Shown here piece by piece: positions 9,098 through 18,229 of a stretch of 64,000 nt of DNA (position 1 is the first letter of the stretch; every line of letters begins with the position of its first letter). The DNA lies in the NCBI GenBank assembly GCA_944320265.1, contig CALUGT010000015.1, forward strand, positions 3,194-67,193, read 5' to 3'. Source of the DNA: an uncultured Bacteroidales bacterium. GTDB lineage: Bacteria; Bacteroidota; Bacteroidia; Bacteroidales; P3. The notes below the pieces were generated by a model. That model was not told where the DNA came from. It was given only the letters and a program-made list of their open reading frames with translations, and searched no databases. The translations under genes were made by a program, and so were the position numbers.

Positions 9098-9592
9098 ATG
9101 GAAACCGCAGAAGCCAGACGGCAGAAAGTATTGGACAAGCTCGAAGAATGGAACATCGGATACGTGATGCACGAGCATCCGCCCTTGCCCACCATCGAAG
9201 AAGCGATGAAATACTGGAAAGACTTCGATTCGACCCACTGCAAAAACCTCTTTTTCAGGAACCATAAAGGGAACCGGCACTATTTGGTGATTCTGGAATG
9301 CCACAAGCAGATGGATATCCACGGCTTGGAACACCAGCTGCACCAAGGAAAGCTCTCCTTTGCCTCCGAACAGCGGATGGAACGCTGCCTGGGGACCGTG
9401 CCGGGTTCGGTATCGCTCTTCGGCCTGATCAACGACCCCGGACACCAAGTCAAGCTCTACTTGGACAAAGACCTGCGGCAAGCCGAAAGGGTCACATTCC
9501 ATCCCAACGACAACACTGCCTCGCTCGAAATCAGCCGCGAGGACATGTACCGCTTCATCCAACTCTGGGGCGGGGAATGGGAAGAACTCTGA
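9098..9592 (+). CDS. YbaK/ProX-type aminoacyl-tRNA editing (deacylase) domain protein
   Basis: From the Met at 9098 the sequence reads METAEARRQKVLDKLEEWNIGYVMHEHPPLPTIEEA...HCKNLFFRNHKGNRHYLVIL...PGSVSLFGLINDP...VTFHPNDNTASL. This is the characteristic YbaK/prolyl-tRNA-synthetase-associated domain pattern. Confidence 0.8.
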   Translation: METAEARRQKVLDKLEEWNIGYVMHEHPPLPTIEEAMKYWKDFDSTHCKNLFFRNHKGNRHYLVILECHKQMDIHGLEHQLHQGKLSFASEQRMERCLGTVPGSVSLFGLINDPGHQVKLYLDKDLRQAERVTFHPNDNTASLEISREDMYRFIQLWGGEWEEL

Positions 9593-9792
9593 GCCTCCGT
9601 CCTTCTGGCCGGCAAGTACATCCGCCCGTCCTTTCCGGCCTCCATGCAAATGCAATGATTCCAGGAGCCGAATCCGGAAAAACGCCTACTTGCCAGGCAT
9701 CCACTCCAGGATTCCCTCCACCGGATGCTGATTCCTGTATGACTGGAATGCCGCATAGTCCCGGATTCCTTCTTGGATAACGGCCCGATAAT

Positions 9793-9985
9793 CCCAAATC
9801 GGTCATTAGACTTTGGGGAGATTGCCCGCTTGTGTCATGCAGCATGCTTCTCGCCTAGCCGAAGGCGTAGCGGGCTACGTCGAGGCGTAGCGAGAAACAG
9901 GATGCGGACAGAGGCGGGCAAGATGCCCGAAAGCCTCATTTTCCTAACCGAAAACAGCCCCGGCGTGTCTAATGACCGATTTGGG
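9793..9985 (+). mobile_element. MITE-1 copy a (193 bp)
   Basis: The termini are cccaaatcggtcattagac ... gtctaatgaccgatttggg (19-bp TIR). It is flanked by the direct repeat ATAAT (9788-9792 and 9986-9990). By eye it is identical to copy e. The strand label only encodes relative orientation. Confidence 0.85.
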
Positions 9986-10101
9986 ATAATACTCTATGCC
10001 GGGGATTTTCTCCGTTTCCGGCGTCTCGTGTTTCATGCGCAGGATGATTTCCCGTTGCAGCGGTGCCATGGCAGCGACAATCCGGTCGGCGACATGTTCA
10101 A

Positions 10102-10120
10102 CCCAAATCGGTCATTAGAC
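10102..10120. repeat. Solo MITE-1 terminal repeat inside a coding sequence
   Basis: An isolated cccaaatcggtcattagac with no partner end. Its gtc-taa-tga supplies the stop codon of ORF 10115-10525. Confidence 0.6.
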
Positions 10121-10525
10121 TTCGGGTTCAAAATAGCCATCATAGGCAGAACCTGTCTCAATGTGAATCATATCAATCTGCCAGACTCTTTCCGGGCTTT
10201 CCTCGTACCAAAGATGCCACTCCACGCAAGCTTCCTCGGTATCAAGCAAGTTCCGATATTCCACCTTCCTCACCTTCGGATTCGAAGCCAAGCAAGCCAC
10301 CACCTTGAAACTTTCCTCCACTTTGACGGGAGAAGAGTAGACGTGGAAATCTATGTCTAGATGCTTGCAAAGAAGCCCCATCCGAAGCGAACCCACCAAC
10401 CGGGCTTCCGCACCAATCTGCTGCCACGTCCTGACAATATCCAAATCCTCAACAATTTCCCGTGCTTTCTGCTGATTGTTCAAAGCCACACGTTCAAATT
10501 CTTCCATACCATCCTCCGTTGTCAC
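10115..10525 (-). CDS. Nucleotidyltransferase-fold protein of unknown function, C-terminally truncated by a MITE end
   Basis: 136 aa containing LVGSLRMGLLCKHLDIDFHVYS (NTase-like G[SG]...D.D). The ORF ends GYFEPEV-stop, with the stop inside the solo TIR. The same frame continues past the TIR as VEHVADRIVAAMAPLQREIILRMKHETPETEKIPGIE up to MITE copy a. Confidence 0.5.
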   Translation of the reverse strand: MTTEDGMEEFERVALNNQQKAREIVEDLDIVRTWQQIGAEARLVGSLRMGLLCKHLDIDFHVYSSPVKVEESFKVVACLASNPKVRKVEYRNLLDTEEACVEWHLWYEESPERVWQIDMIHIETGSAYDGYFEPEV

Positions 10526-11604
10526 TTGGCTTTCTTGTTAATGCCAAAAACTTCTTCGGGATGCGTGCCGAAAGGCTCCACATGGACTACGATGTCATAG
10601 ACCTCCGGAATCGTTTCCCGGATGCTCTGCTCCACCTGGGAAGCCAGCGCATGCGCCTGGTTCAAGGTCAGTTTGCCATCAGCCTCCACATCCAAGGTAA
10701 TCATATACTTGCCCCCGATGCTCCGGGAACGGACCCGATGCGGGTTACCGACCCCTTCCACCCCGTTGATGGCATCGAAAATCTTCTGGTAGACCGATTC
10801 GTCCTTGACCCCGTCCATCAGCTCCACATTCGAATCCATGAAGATCTTGATAGCCGATCGGATGATGAAGCAGCTCACAATCAAAGCCGTCACCGAGTCG
10901 AGAACCGGAAGGTCCAAACCTATCGAGAAAAACAGTCCCGCTAAAACGCTCAACGAAATCAGCACGTCGTTACGCATATTGACCCCGTTGGCCACCAGCA
11001 TCGACGAGCCGGCACGCTTGCCCACCACCGTCTGGTACCGCGCCAGCAGAAGCTTGCAGACAATCGAGAAAACCGTCACGTAGATGGCTATCGCCTGAGG
11101 CATCACCCGCGGGTCCTTGGAAAACAGGTGCTGCACCGCCGAAATCAGCATCTCCGCCCCGGCAAAGAAAATCAGCATCGAAAGCAGCTTGGTGGCAATG
11201 GATTCGGCCTTGGCGTAACCATACACGTACTTCTTGTTCGGCTTCCGCCCCATAATCTTGGCTGTCACGATCATCACGATGGAAATAGCCACGTCCGATG
11301 CCGAATCGATACCGTCGCTGACCACCGCGAAACTGCCGCTGATGAAACCCACCACGATCTTGGCCACCGACAAGACCGCGTTGCCGGCAATGCTCACGCA
11401 AGAAGCCCGCAGAACCTGCCGCTGCCTCTTTCCTGCTTCGGCATCACCCGCCCCATTCATGGAATCCTGCATCTCACCCGATTCAGCCCGGCGACCGCTC
11501 TCCTCAACGCCCAATCCGGCATCGCCCGGCCAAACATCGCCCGAACCGCCGGCCTGCACGCCGCACGCCGCAAACCGCTTACTTTTTTCGCTGTTCTCTG
11601 CCAT
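10522..11604 (-). CDS. Cation diffusion facilitator (CDF) family metal efflux transporter
   Basis: The TM core (AGNAVLSVAKIVVGFISGSFAVVSDGIDSASDV..., YGYAKAESIATKLLS) and C-terminal cytoplasmic domain are typical of CDF/cation-efflux proteins. The start is set at the Met at 11604 (MAENSEKS) because the longer ORF would overlap brxL. The start is uncertain. Confidence 0.8.
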   Translation of the reverse strand: MAENSEKSKRFAACGVQAGGSGDVWPGDAGLGVEESGRRAESGEMQDSMNGAGDAEAGKRQRQVLRASCVSIAGNAVLSVAKIVVGFISGSFAVVSDGIDSASDVAISIVMIVTAKIMGRKPNKKYVYGYAKAESIATKLLSMLIFFAGAEMLISAVQHLFSKDPRVMPQAIAIYVTVFSIVCKLLLARYQTVVGKRAGSSMLVANGVNMRNDVLISLSVLAGLFFSIGLDLPVLDSVTALIVSCFIIRSAIKIFMDSNVELMDGVKDESVYQKIFDAINGVEGVGNPHRVRSRSIGGKYMITLDVEADGKLTLNQAHALASQVEQSIRETIPEVYDIVVHVEPFGTHPEEVFGINKKAK

Positions 11605-11645
11605 AACCCCGCGAAGATACGGCAAAGCGGAGGAAACGGCAAAAC

Positions 11646-13721
11646 CTATTTCACCTCGTGCGCATTGATATCGCGCATGTAGGTCAGCTTGAAATCCCTG
11701 CACTTGCGCTTTTCCTGAAACATCCCCTCTATGGAATTATACTCATAGCGGTCAAAAATATCCAAACCTCGACCCAATGTAATAACCCAACCTGTGTCGG
11801 TTTTGATACACCTGTCGTGGAAATCGCGAAACTCGTAAGAAAAAACAATGCCATACTCACTCAGGTTCGTTTGCACTGTCTTCAACAGCGCAATCAAATC
11901 ATCCCGCTTCCCCGGCTCTTCAAAAGTCACTAATTTCAATTGCAACTCATCCACCGGACGAGTCTGGACCAACATCGCAGCAAACTCTATGAAATGCTTG
12001 ACCTGCCCCCGAGTACGGACATACGGGTCTTCCAGCACAATGGCATGCGCCGTTTCCAAATAAGGAGCAAACAGCTTGGCATAAGAAAGCCCCGTCTGTC
12101 CTTGGCGAATGGAAAGCGTCTGTTCCTTGAGCACAGGCGGTTTGGACAAGCCCCTGGATCCGACCGCTTTCCCATCCTGAATCCGGGAATCCCCTACCGT
12201 ATCCATGGGAATCGCATCCAGCGGAGAAGCCTCCTCAAAGGAATCCTCCGTAGCGTTATTGATGTTTTCCAATGTCTCTATTGCCACTTGTTTGCCCGTC
12301 CGCAAAGCATCGTAACGGAACACTGCCGGTTCGGCCTTGAAAGTCTCATCCACCCGGTAAAGCTGATCCTTCACCCTTTTGCGAGCCTCTGCGGCAAAGT
12401 CAATCAATTCATAAACTTCCTCATCCGTTGCTTCGCCATCGGGATACAACAACTTCATCATACCCGACACCGTCTTGCGGACAGCCAGATTATCCCTCTC
12501 CGAAAGCGAAGTATCGAATTGTGCATAACGTCCAAGAATATCGGTCCAATCCCTGTCGCGCAACTCATGGAACATCGCTGCAACATAATCCGAAATCAAG
12601 CCGAACCCCTTCGAGAAACTTTCCGTCTTCAAGACCGGCACCTCCCAACCCGGCGCGTAAAAATGAATCCGATCCAAGAAAGCCCCTTTCAAGAAGCCCT
12701 CCGGTATGCTTTCAAAAAGATGGGATTGACGCAACATATACGAAACCGTATGTTTGGTATTGCCCACAAAAACCATCGAAGCACTGGCTTCGTGCGTGGC
12801 CTTTCCTCGATTGAAAGACTTGTTTGCCAGATAATTCTGCATGATATCCACCAAAGCCGCATCCACGTTCCGCCCTTTTTGCTGCTCAAACTCGTCCATA
12901 GCCACCACATCCCAATACCCCACCAAACCCAGCAATTCCTTGTTGCCCGACATCTTGACAAACAGACGAGCCGGTGTCACATCCCCGCCGCTCACCAGCA
13001 CACTGTAAGGCGAAAGTTCCTGGAAAACATGCGTCTTTCCCGTCCCTTTGGGACCCAGTTCAATAAAATTGAAATTGTTCTCCACATGCGGCAGCAGACG
13101 AGCCAGTATGATGAGCTTTTCCCTACGGTTCAGCAAATCGGGATTCAAGCCGACCGTATGCATCAGGAAATCCAGCCATTCCTCAGTAGAGAAGTTCTTG
13201 CGCTGACTCACATATTCCTCCACATCCACCCCCGAAATCTGAATCGGCTTCAGATTCTGGATATCCCAACGAACCGTAAGGCTCTCTCCAGACAAATAGC
13301 CAATCTGCACAATGCACCACACTCCCGTACCCGACAGCAACTTGGGATTCTTCTTTACATATTCCGCCCCGATAGGCACTCCCGTCAATCCCAGATTGGA
13401 GAATACGGCATGGTAGGCATCAGCCTTCTCATTCAAGCTCACCGTAATCTTGTCAATCACCCGGTATTTGCCCCTCTCCCGGATTTTCCCTTTCACCGAC
13501 TCGGCATCGGCCCTATGGACATAATTTTCCCGAATCACCTCTTTCACTTGCTCTATGCCATCGGCAATAGCTGCCGGATCATCCGTGGCGCAATACTGCG
13601 CTAAAAGGTATTCCAAGACATAAGTAGGCACCGGCAAGCCGCCCTTGACCAAAAAAGCCAAATCCTTGCGGACCACCCGTCCCGGAAAGGATTCCAATAT
13701 TTTATCTTTCAATGTTTTCAT
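11646..13721 (-). CDS. brxL: BREX BrxL-like AAA+ protein with a C-terminal MIT_C (PLD-like) domain instead of a Lon-protease-like domain
   Basis: The N-terminus (KILESFPGRVVRKDLAFLVKGGLPVPTYVLEYLLAQYC) and Walker A (LGPKGTGKTHVF) match BrxL. It is the last gene of the BREX operon. The C-terminal 151 aa read TGLSYAKLFAPYLETAHAIVLEDPYVRTRGQVKHFIEF...FHDRCIKTDTGWVITLGRGLDIF. This closely parallels the MITD1 C-terminal domain (IEDPYIR...[22 protein letters not shown]). Confidence 0.85.
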   Translation of the reverse strand: MKTLKDKILESFPGRVVRKDLAFLVKGGLPVPTYVLEYLLAQYCATDDPAAIADGIEQVKEVIRENYVHRADAESVKGKIRERGKYRVIDKITVSLNEKADAYHAVFSNLGLTGVPIGAEYVKKNPKLLSGTGVWCIVQIGYLSGESLTVRWDIQNLKPIQISGVDVEEYVSQRKNFSTEEWLDFLMHTVGLNPDLLNRREKLIILARLLPHVENNFNFIELGPKGTGKTHVFQELSPYSVLVSGGDVTPARLFVKMSGNKELLGLVGYWDVVAMDEFEQQKGRNVDAALVDIMQNYLANKSFNRGKATHEASASMVFVGNTKHTVSYMLRQSHLFESIPEGFLKGAFLDRIHFYAPGWEVPVLKTESFSKGFGLISDYVAAMFHELRDRDWTDILGRYAQFDTSLSERDNLAVRKTVSGMMKLLYPDGEATDEEVYELIDFAAEARKRVKDQLYRVDETFKAEPAVFRYDALRTGKQVAIETLENINNATEDSFEEASPLDAIPMDTVGDSRIQDGKAVGSRGLSKPPVLKEQTLSIRQGQTGLSYAKLFAPYLETAHAIVLEDPYVRTRGQVKHFIEFAAMLVQTRPVDELQLKLVTFEEPGKRDDLIALLKTVQTNLSEYGIVFSYEFRDFHDRCIKTDTGWVITLGRGLDIFDRYEYNSIEGMFQEKRKCRDFKLTYMRDINAHEVK

Positions 13722-13778
13722 AATAAAAAACTTTCATCATGCAGCCATTGGCCCGATTGTCCATACGCAACTGCAAAA

Positions 13779-16394
13779 TTAAAAATCCCGTTCCACCAAG
13801 GTGTTGTTCCGCACATTTTCCTTGACAAGCGGGTTGAGCGGATCTTCCACATCGTACACCCTGAGCTGAAGCAAACCTCCACTGCAAGGCCGAACCAAAC
13901 GCAAGCTTACCTCATAGACCCGTTCCCGCAGACCTTCCGCCTCCGTATTGTCCATGACCACCTGCTGTTCGTTGCTCACCGGTTCGTCCCCTTGGTATAG
14001 ACAGCAAACCACCGTCCGACCCATCCGCTCCGAAGAGACAGCTTCCGACTGCACCAACTTGAAACGCAAAAGACTGGAAACCACGCTCAAGCCCGAATCC
14101 TTCAATACCAGGCCCACTTTTTCCGTCTTCTTCTCGTTCCGCCTGCTGCTATAAATGACCGGCACAAGCATTTCCTGCAAGCTGGCACCGCCATGGGCAA
14201 ACGCATAACCGCCCGGAGCCGCAAAACGATTTGTCCCGCAAGGCACCGCCACATAGACCGGTGATGCCGTTTTCACTCCCGACACCGTCTCCAAGGCAAA
14301 TTTAGCCACCCCTTCCACCGGTTCGGGATTTGCCGTAAGATAATAACGGGTCTTCAATTCCAAGCATTTCCCATCCTTTTCCAAGCCGTTATTCCCCGCA
14401 ACCGAAAGCTTGTCCTTTTCCTCAAAGGGAATGTCGTTATACAAGAATCCATGATCAGCCGTAATCAACACATTGGTAATGCTGTACGAATAGTGAAGCC
14501 GCTTGACCAAGACAGCCAGCTGCCGCACGGCCTCCCGGCAAGCCCGGATTACCTCGAACGGGCTTTGCGAATGGCTGGCCCGGTCTATGCTATCATGATA
14601 GATATAAACCAAAGTGTTCTTGAACAACTCCTTCAGAACCGCCGTGCCACTGTTCATCACATAGTCGAAACTTACACAGACCGATCTTTCCTTGAACATC
14701 TTCAATTGCGCCGACCTCTGATCCATCTCTTTCAGGACCTGCCCGTCCACCGCCATCTCCGTCCCCCTGAGTTCCAAGGCATGGTGGGGAAGCAGCGCGT
14801 TCTTGCAGAACTTGGTTTCCGTAGGCAACATGGCCCGCATAGCCGACAACTTGGCCACACTGGTCTCTTTCAGCAATTCCTGCCGCAATTCCGCCGCCAA
14901 TTCGTAACGCAAGGCATCGCTGACAATCACCACCTGCTTCACCGTCTTATCACACACTAAACTAAAGAAATCCTCCTGCTTGGGCAAAGAAAGGGAAGCA
15001 AATCCCTCCCCTTTTTCCTGCACGCAAGAAATCCACTCCCAATTCAATGTATGGCAAATACGGGCATAATCCTGATCCAGGCGAGCCTTGGCATCGGAAA
15101 AGCCCTCTCCTTCCGGGTTAAGGTGCTCCACCAGCGCATGAAACGCCTCCACGGAACGCCGGTAATAGAAATCCACAAGATAATATTCCGACAAGTACTT
15201 CCGGGCATATTCTTCCGGACTGTCCAGCTTCAGGCTCCCTATCTCATGCACCGTGGCATAATACAAGGATAACTGTTCCACAAAACGGAACGCGAACTGG
15301 ATAGGCGCTTCCGGCGGCATCTTCAAGGTAAGTTCCTTGACCTTGGAAGTGACCGATGCCGGGTCGGCAACCAGACCTGTCTCCAAGCTTTTCTGCAAAA
15401 TAGGCCAGCAAAGAGCTTCCGTGAGATAAAAATACGGGGCATCGACCCCATAACAGGCTATCAGTTTTTCTTCCTTGATGTCCGATGCCAATACCGACAC
15501 CGCTTCCTGGAATTTCCCGCCCAAGGCACGGTCATGAACGCCTGTCTCGTAAATCCGGACAAGCTGATCCAAAGCCGGCTCGCTGCTTACCTCATAGATC
15601 TTGTAATCATCGGACGGTACGGGAGCAAGCCCCCGGGTAATGATATTGTACTTGAGGCTTGCGGCCACCGCCTGCATCTTAAGCGGCGTATTTTCCTCGT
15701 ATGTCCGACCGAAAATACGCCGCAGCTTGTCATCGAGCGCCTTCCGCACATCCGGGCTCTTCCCTACCCGGTAAAAGAAATCCAGACGTTTCTTTTCCTC
15801 GCTTGCCAATCCCAATACCAGCAGCTTGACCACGATCATATCCCAGTCCAGCAGCTTCTTTTCTCCAAGATAAGAAGAAATCAAGGCCCGGCATACCACC
15901 TCCTCGTGAAAGGCTTCCGGCGTGTAATAAGGCTGCAACATGGCATGCAGCTTGGCCGACATCATCTCCCCGATATGCCGTTTCACAAAGGCGGCGTATT
16001 TCTGCGGAAGGCCATACTGTTGCAAGAAGGACGCATAATCCTCTTCCTGGTATTCCATATTGGCTTTCAGCAAATCGAGCAAGGGGAAGGATAACAGCTG
16101 CGCTTCCGTCTGCGGATAAGACTCCCCTCCAAACAGCAGGACCACCCGCTTGTCTCTCCACGTATGCTCTATGCTGTACTTGGCATTGAACCAAGCCCCG
16201 TCGAACACCTTATAGACATAGCCATCCTTCCACTCCGCCGCGTCCAGTTCCACCTTGATGATGTCCATCCGGTCGAACACGAAAAGCACATGAAGCGCCG
16301 GATTGTTCTCGAAATATCGGTATATCCTCTCTTGTACCATAGCTTTATTGTCTTTATACGCTCCTATCAAGAAAACAATGGCTTCTGAATGCAT
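13779..16394 (-). CDS. pglZ: BREX alkaline-phosphatase-superfamily protein PglZ
   Basis: 871 aa with PglZ-domain motifs (VVIVSDALRYELAAEL; VLITADHGF). It sits between pglX and brxL. An alternative start at 16340 would remove the 28-nt overlap with the upstream small ORF. Confidence 0.9.
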   Translation of the reverse strand: MHSEAIVFLIGAYKDNKAMVQERIYRYFENNPALHVLFVFDRMDIIKVELDAAEWKDGYVYKVFDGAWFNAKYSIEHTWRDKRVVLLFGGESYPQTEAQLLSFPLLDLLKANMEYQEEDYASFLQQYGLPQKYAAFVKRHIGEMMSAKLHAMLQPYYTPEAFHEEVVCRALISSYLGEKKLLDWDMIVVKLLVLGLASEEKKRLDFFYRVGKSPDVRKALDDKLRRIFGRTYEENTPLKMQAVAASLKYNIITRGLAPVPSDDYKIYEVSSEPALDQLVRIYETGVHDRALGGKFQEAVSVLASDIKEEKLIACYGVDAPYFYLTEALCWPILQKSLETGLVADPASVTSKVKELTLKMPPEAPIQFAFRFVEQLSLYYATVHEIGSLKLDSPEEYARKYLSEYYLVDFYYRRSVEAFHALVEHLNPEGEGFSDAKARLDQDYARICHTLNWEWISCVQEKGEGFASLSLPKQEDFFSLVCDKTVKQVVIVSDALRYELAAELRQELLKETSVAKLSAMRAMLPTETKFCKNALLPHHALELRGTEMAVDGQVLKEMDQRSAQLKMFKERSVCVSFDYVMNSGTAVLKELFKNTLVYIYHDSIDRASHSQSPFEVIRACREAVRQLAVLVKRLHYSYSITNVLITADHGFLYNDIPFEEKDKLSVAGNNGLEKDGKCLELKTRYYLTANPEPVEGVAKFALETVSGVKTASPVYVAVPCGTNRFAAPGGYAFAHGGASLQEMLVPVIYSSRRNEKKTEKVGLVLKDSGLSVVSSLLRFKLVQSEAVSSERMGRTVVCCLYQGDEPVSNEQQVVMDNTEAEGLRERVYEVSLRLVRPCSGGLLQLRVYDVEDPLNPLVKENVRNNTLVERDF

Positions 16395-16909
16395 TCACGG
16401 AATTGAGAAACATCGCAAACTTTGCATTTCGCCAATGCCTTTTCCACCCGGCTTTGCTGAGCGAACCAACGTTCAGCCCGGGCAGTCACATTCTTATTGA
16501 AAACGAACCAAGCAGATGAATCAATACGCAAACCGCCTTCTGAAAGCAAATCCCTCGTATGCGACATTTTCTCCCTCAATTCACTCAGAGACAAATTATT
16601 CGTATTCTTGTACTTCATTCTCAATTCTATCATCAACAACCGTCTCTCCCGCAATTGTCCGTCAGTTTGAGACGCAAGCCCGATTACCGCATCCATGGTA
16701 GGCTTTGGTTGAGCGGACTTGCAAATTTTACTCTCGTAAGTATCCATATCCAAGCATCGTATCTCCTTGTCAAAATAATCCGTTCCAGAGTAATCCCGAT
16801 TGGACACATCATTCAACAAAGCTCCGCATTTCGAGAACAAGAGATGACGCTCAAGATACGCATTATCATATACCAGGGCTTCCATATTCTTTGATTCTGT
16901 CCAAGGCAA
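16367..16909 (-). CDS. Hypothetical 180-aa protein, partner of the embedded ATPase (contains an Rx4H motif)
   Basis: The ORF overlaps the ATPase stop (16866) and the pglZ start (16394), so it is translationally packed into the BREX operon. The composition looks helical. It contains LSELREKMSHTRD (R112-x4-H117) and DAVIGL...LLMIELRMK. I recognise no family. Confidence 0.5.
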   Translation of the reverse strand: MPWTESKNMEALVYDNAYLERHLLFSKCGALLNDVSNRDYSGTDYFDKEIRCLDMDTYESKICKSAQPKPTMDAVIGLASQTDGQLRERRLLMIELRMKYKNTNNLSLSELREKMSHTRDLLSEGGLRIDSSAWFVFNKNVTARAERWFAQQSRVEKALAKCKVCDVSQFRECIQKPLFS

Positions 16910-18200
16910 TATTGAAAGACTTGAAAATCTCGGCTATCTCATGGCCAAGGTTCTTATAAACAAACTGATGGGGCGATGTTTGCGAAGGCTCTGCCACATA
17001 AAACCAAGTGGTATCCAGCATGCCTTCCTTCTCGGCTATGTCGTGGAGAGCGGCCACCATGTCGGGATTATGCGAAGCCAACAGCACTTTCAAGCCCAAT
17101 TTCTTGTTCAACAGCACCAGCAGCCGGGCAAACTCCACAATCCATTGCGGATGAAGATGCGCTTCCGGCTCATCAATCAGCAAAAGCGTATTCTTGTCCA
17201 AATGCCCATTTTCCAGCAAACGCTGCATATAGGCAAAAGTCTTGAAACCGGTAGCCACTTGCTTCAATTCTATATTCACCTGGCCATCCTTTGACACATA
17301 ACGAAGCTCCGGCCTCCCTATTGGGTTCTTTTCCATCAAGACCTTACCTTCTATCAAATGGCCAATCCCCTCCAGCATGGAAGAAGCCTCCGGCGACAAT
17401 GCATGCTTCTTATCCATAACCCTCCGCTGCAAATCCCTCCAAATCCTATTGGAAGAATCCTCCGTTGCCGCCATTGGCGTATCTATATAAATAGCATCCT
17501 TCAGATTCAGCAAACGGCCAACAGTATCCTGTTCCATAATCCCTACACTGTCTTCCTCCAACTGCAATTCTTCAGGCACACCTTCGTCCATAGGGAACCT
17601 TTGCTGCACGAACTCAAATAGAAGTTTCCTCGGCCTATTTCCAAGCTTTTGATGTAAGGCTTCGGTCTCCTTTTGCAGGTGTTCTCTTTCCTTCTGTGAA
17701 AATAGGGCAATAGACAAGGTCAAATCGCTTCCGATATGGATATCCAAAAATTTCAAAACCCTTTCCACCCGTTCTTTCGGCATCTCATCATCCAAGCCTG
17801 ACAAACATTCTTCCGTAAAGGCAAGGGCATCCAAATACAATTCCTGCATTTCTTCAATCATACTATCCAACTCTCCAGAAACAACTTGCATAAATTTCCC
17901 CTTGACTTGCTGTATCCTGTTTGCCGCACTATCCATCGGGTTATCAGAAACTCTTCCTCGTCCCAATTCCATGCAGGCAACACGCCAATCCTCCATCTTT
18001 TTCCACAACTTGCCACCGTAATCATCCACCACCAGATACCTTTCAAGATTCACAGCCCCATTGACAATATAATACAGCCAGCGAGAAAGGGTGCTTTTGC
18101 CGCATCCGTTGACTCCCGACAAGACCGTGATGCCGTCAAGCTCGATTTCCGCATTTTCAATAGCGTGATAGTCACGCATGATATATTTATATCGGCTCAT
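16866..18200 (-). CDS. ABC-like AAA family ATPase (AAA_15/AAA_21 type) embedded in the BREX operon
   Basis: Walker A is LSGVNGCGKSTL. A long helical insert is followed by Walker B/D-loop LLLIDEPEAHLHPQW and an H-loop-like LLASHNPDMV. No nuclease domain is visible in the 444 aa. Confidence 0.85.
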   Translation of the reverse strand: MSRYKYIMRDYHAIENAEIELDGITVLSGVNGCGKSTLSRWLYYIVNGAVNLERYLVVDDYGGKLWKKMEDWRVACMELGRGRVSDNPMDSAANRIQQVKGKFMQVVSGELDSMIEEMQELYLDALAFTEECLSGLDDEMPKERVERVLKFLDIHIGSDLTLSIALFSQKEREHLQKETEALHQKLGNRPRKLLFEFVQQRFPMDEGVPEELQLEEDSVGIMEQDTVGRLLNLKDAIYIDTPMAATEDSSNRIWRDLQRRVMDKKHALSPEASSMLEGIGHLIEGKVLMEKNPIGRPELRYVSKDGQVNIELKQVATGFKTFAYMQRLLENGHLDKNTLLLIDEPEAHLHPQWIVEFARLLVLLNKKLGLKVLLASHNPDMVAALHDIAEKEGMLDTTWFYVAEPSQTSPHQFVYKNLGHEIAEIFKSFNIALDRIKEYGSPGI

Positions 18201-18229
18201 AATCTCTAAAATTTCAAATGTTCAAAGCC

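Noticed and set aside
9773-10360. 195-aa ORF; also 53277-53684, 41681-42301 (upstream part) and the shared peptide ...RSLDFGEIARLCHAACFSPSRRRSGLRRGVARNRMRTEAGKMPESLIF...
   Set aside because: The repeated peptide is just translation through MITE-1 copies, which lack stops in some frames. It recurs wherever the element is inserted, so it is not a protein family.
11940-13604. 554-aa plus-strand ORF opposite brxL; likewise 22471-23814 and 23957-26194 opposite pglX and brxC
   Set aside because: They are antisense to BREX genes that carry clear motifs, and their translations have no motifs. I rejected them as shadow ORFs.
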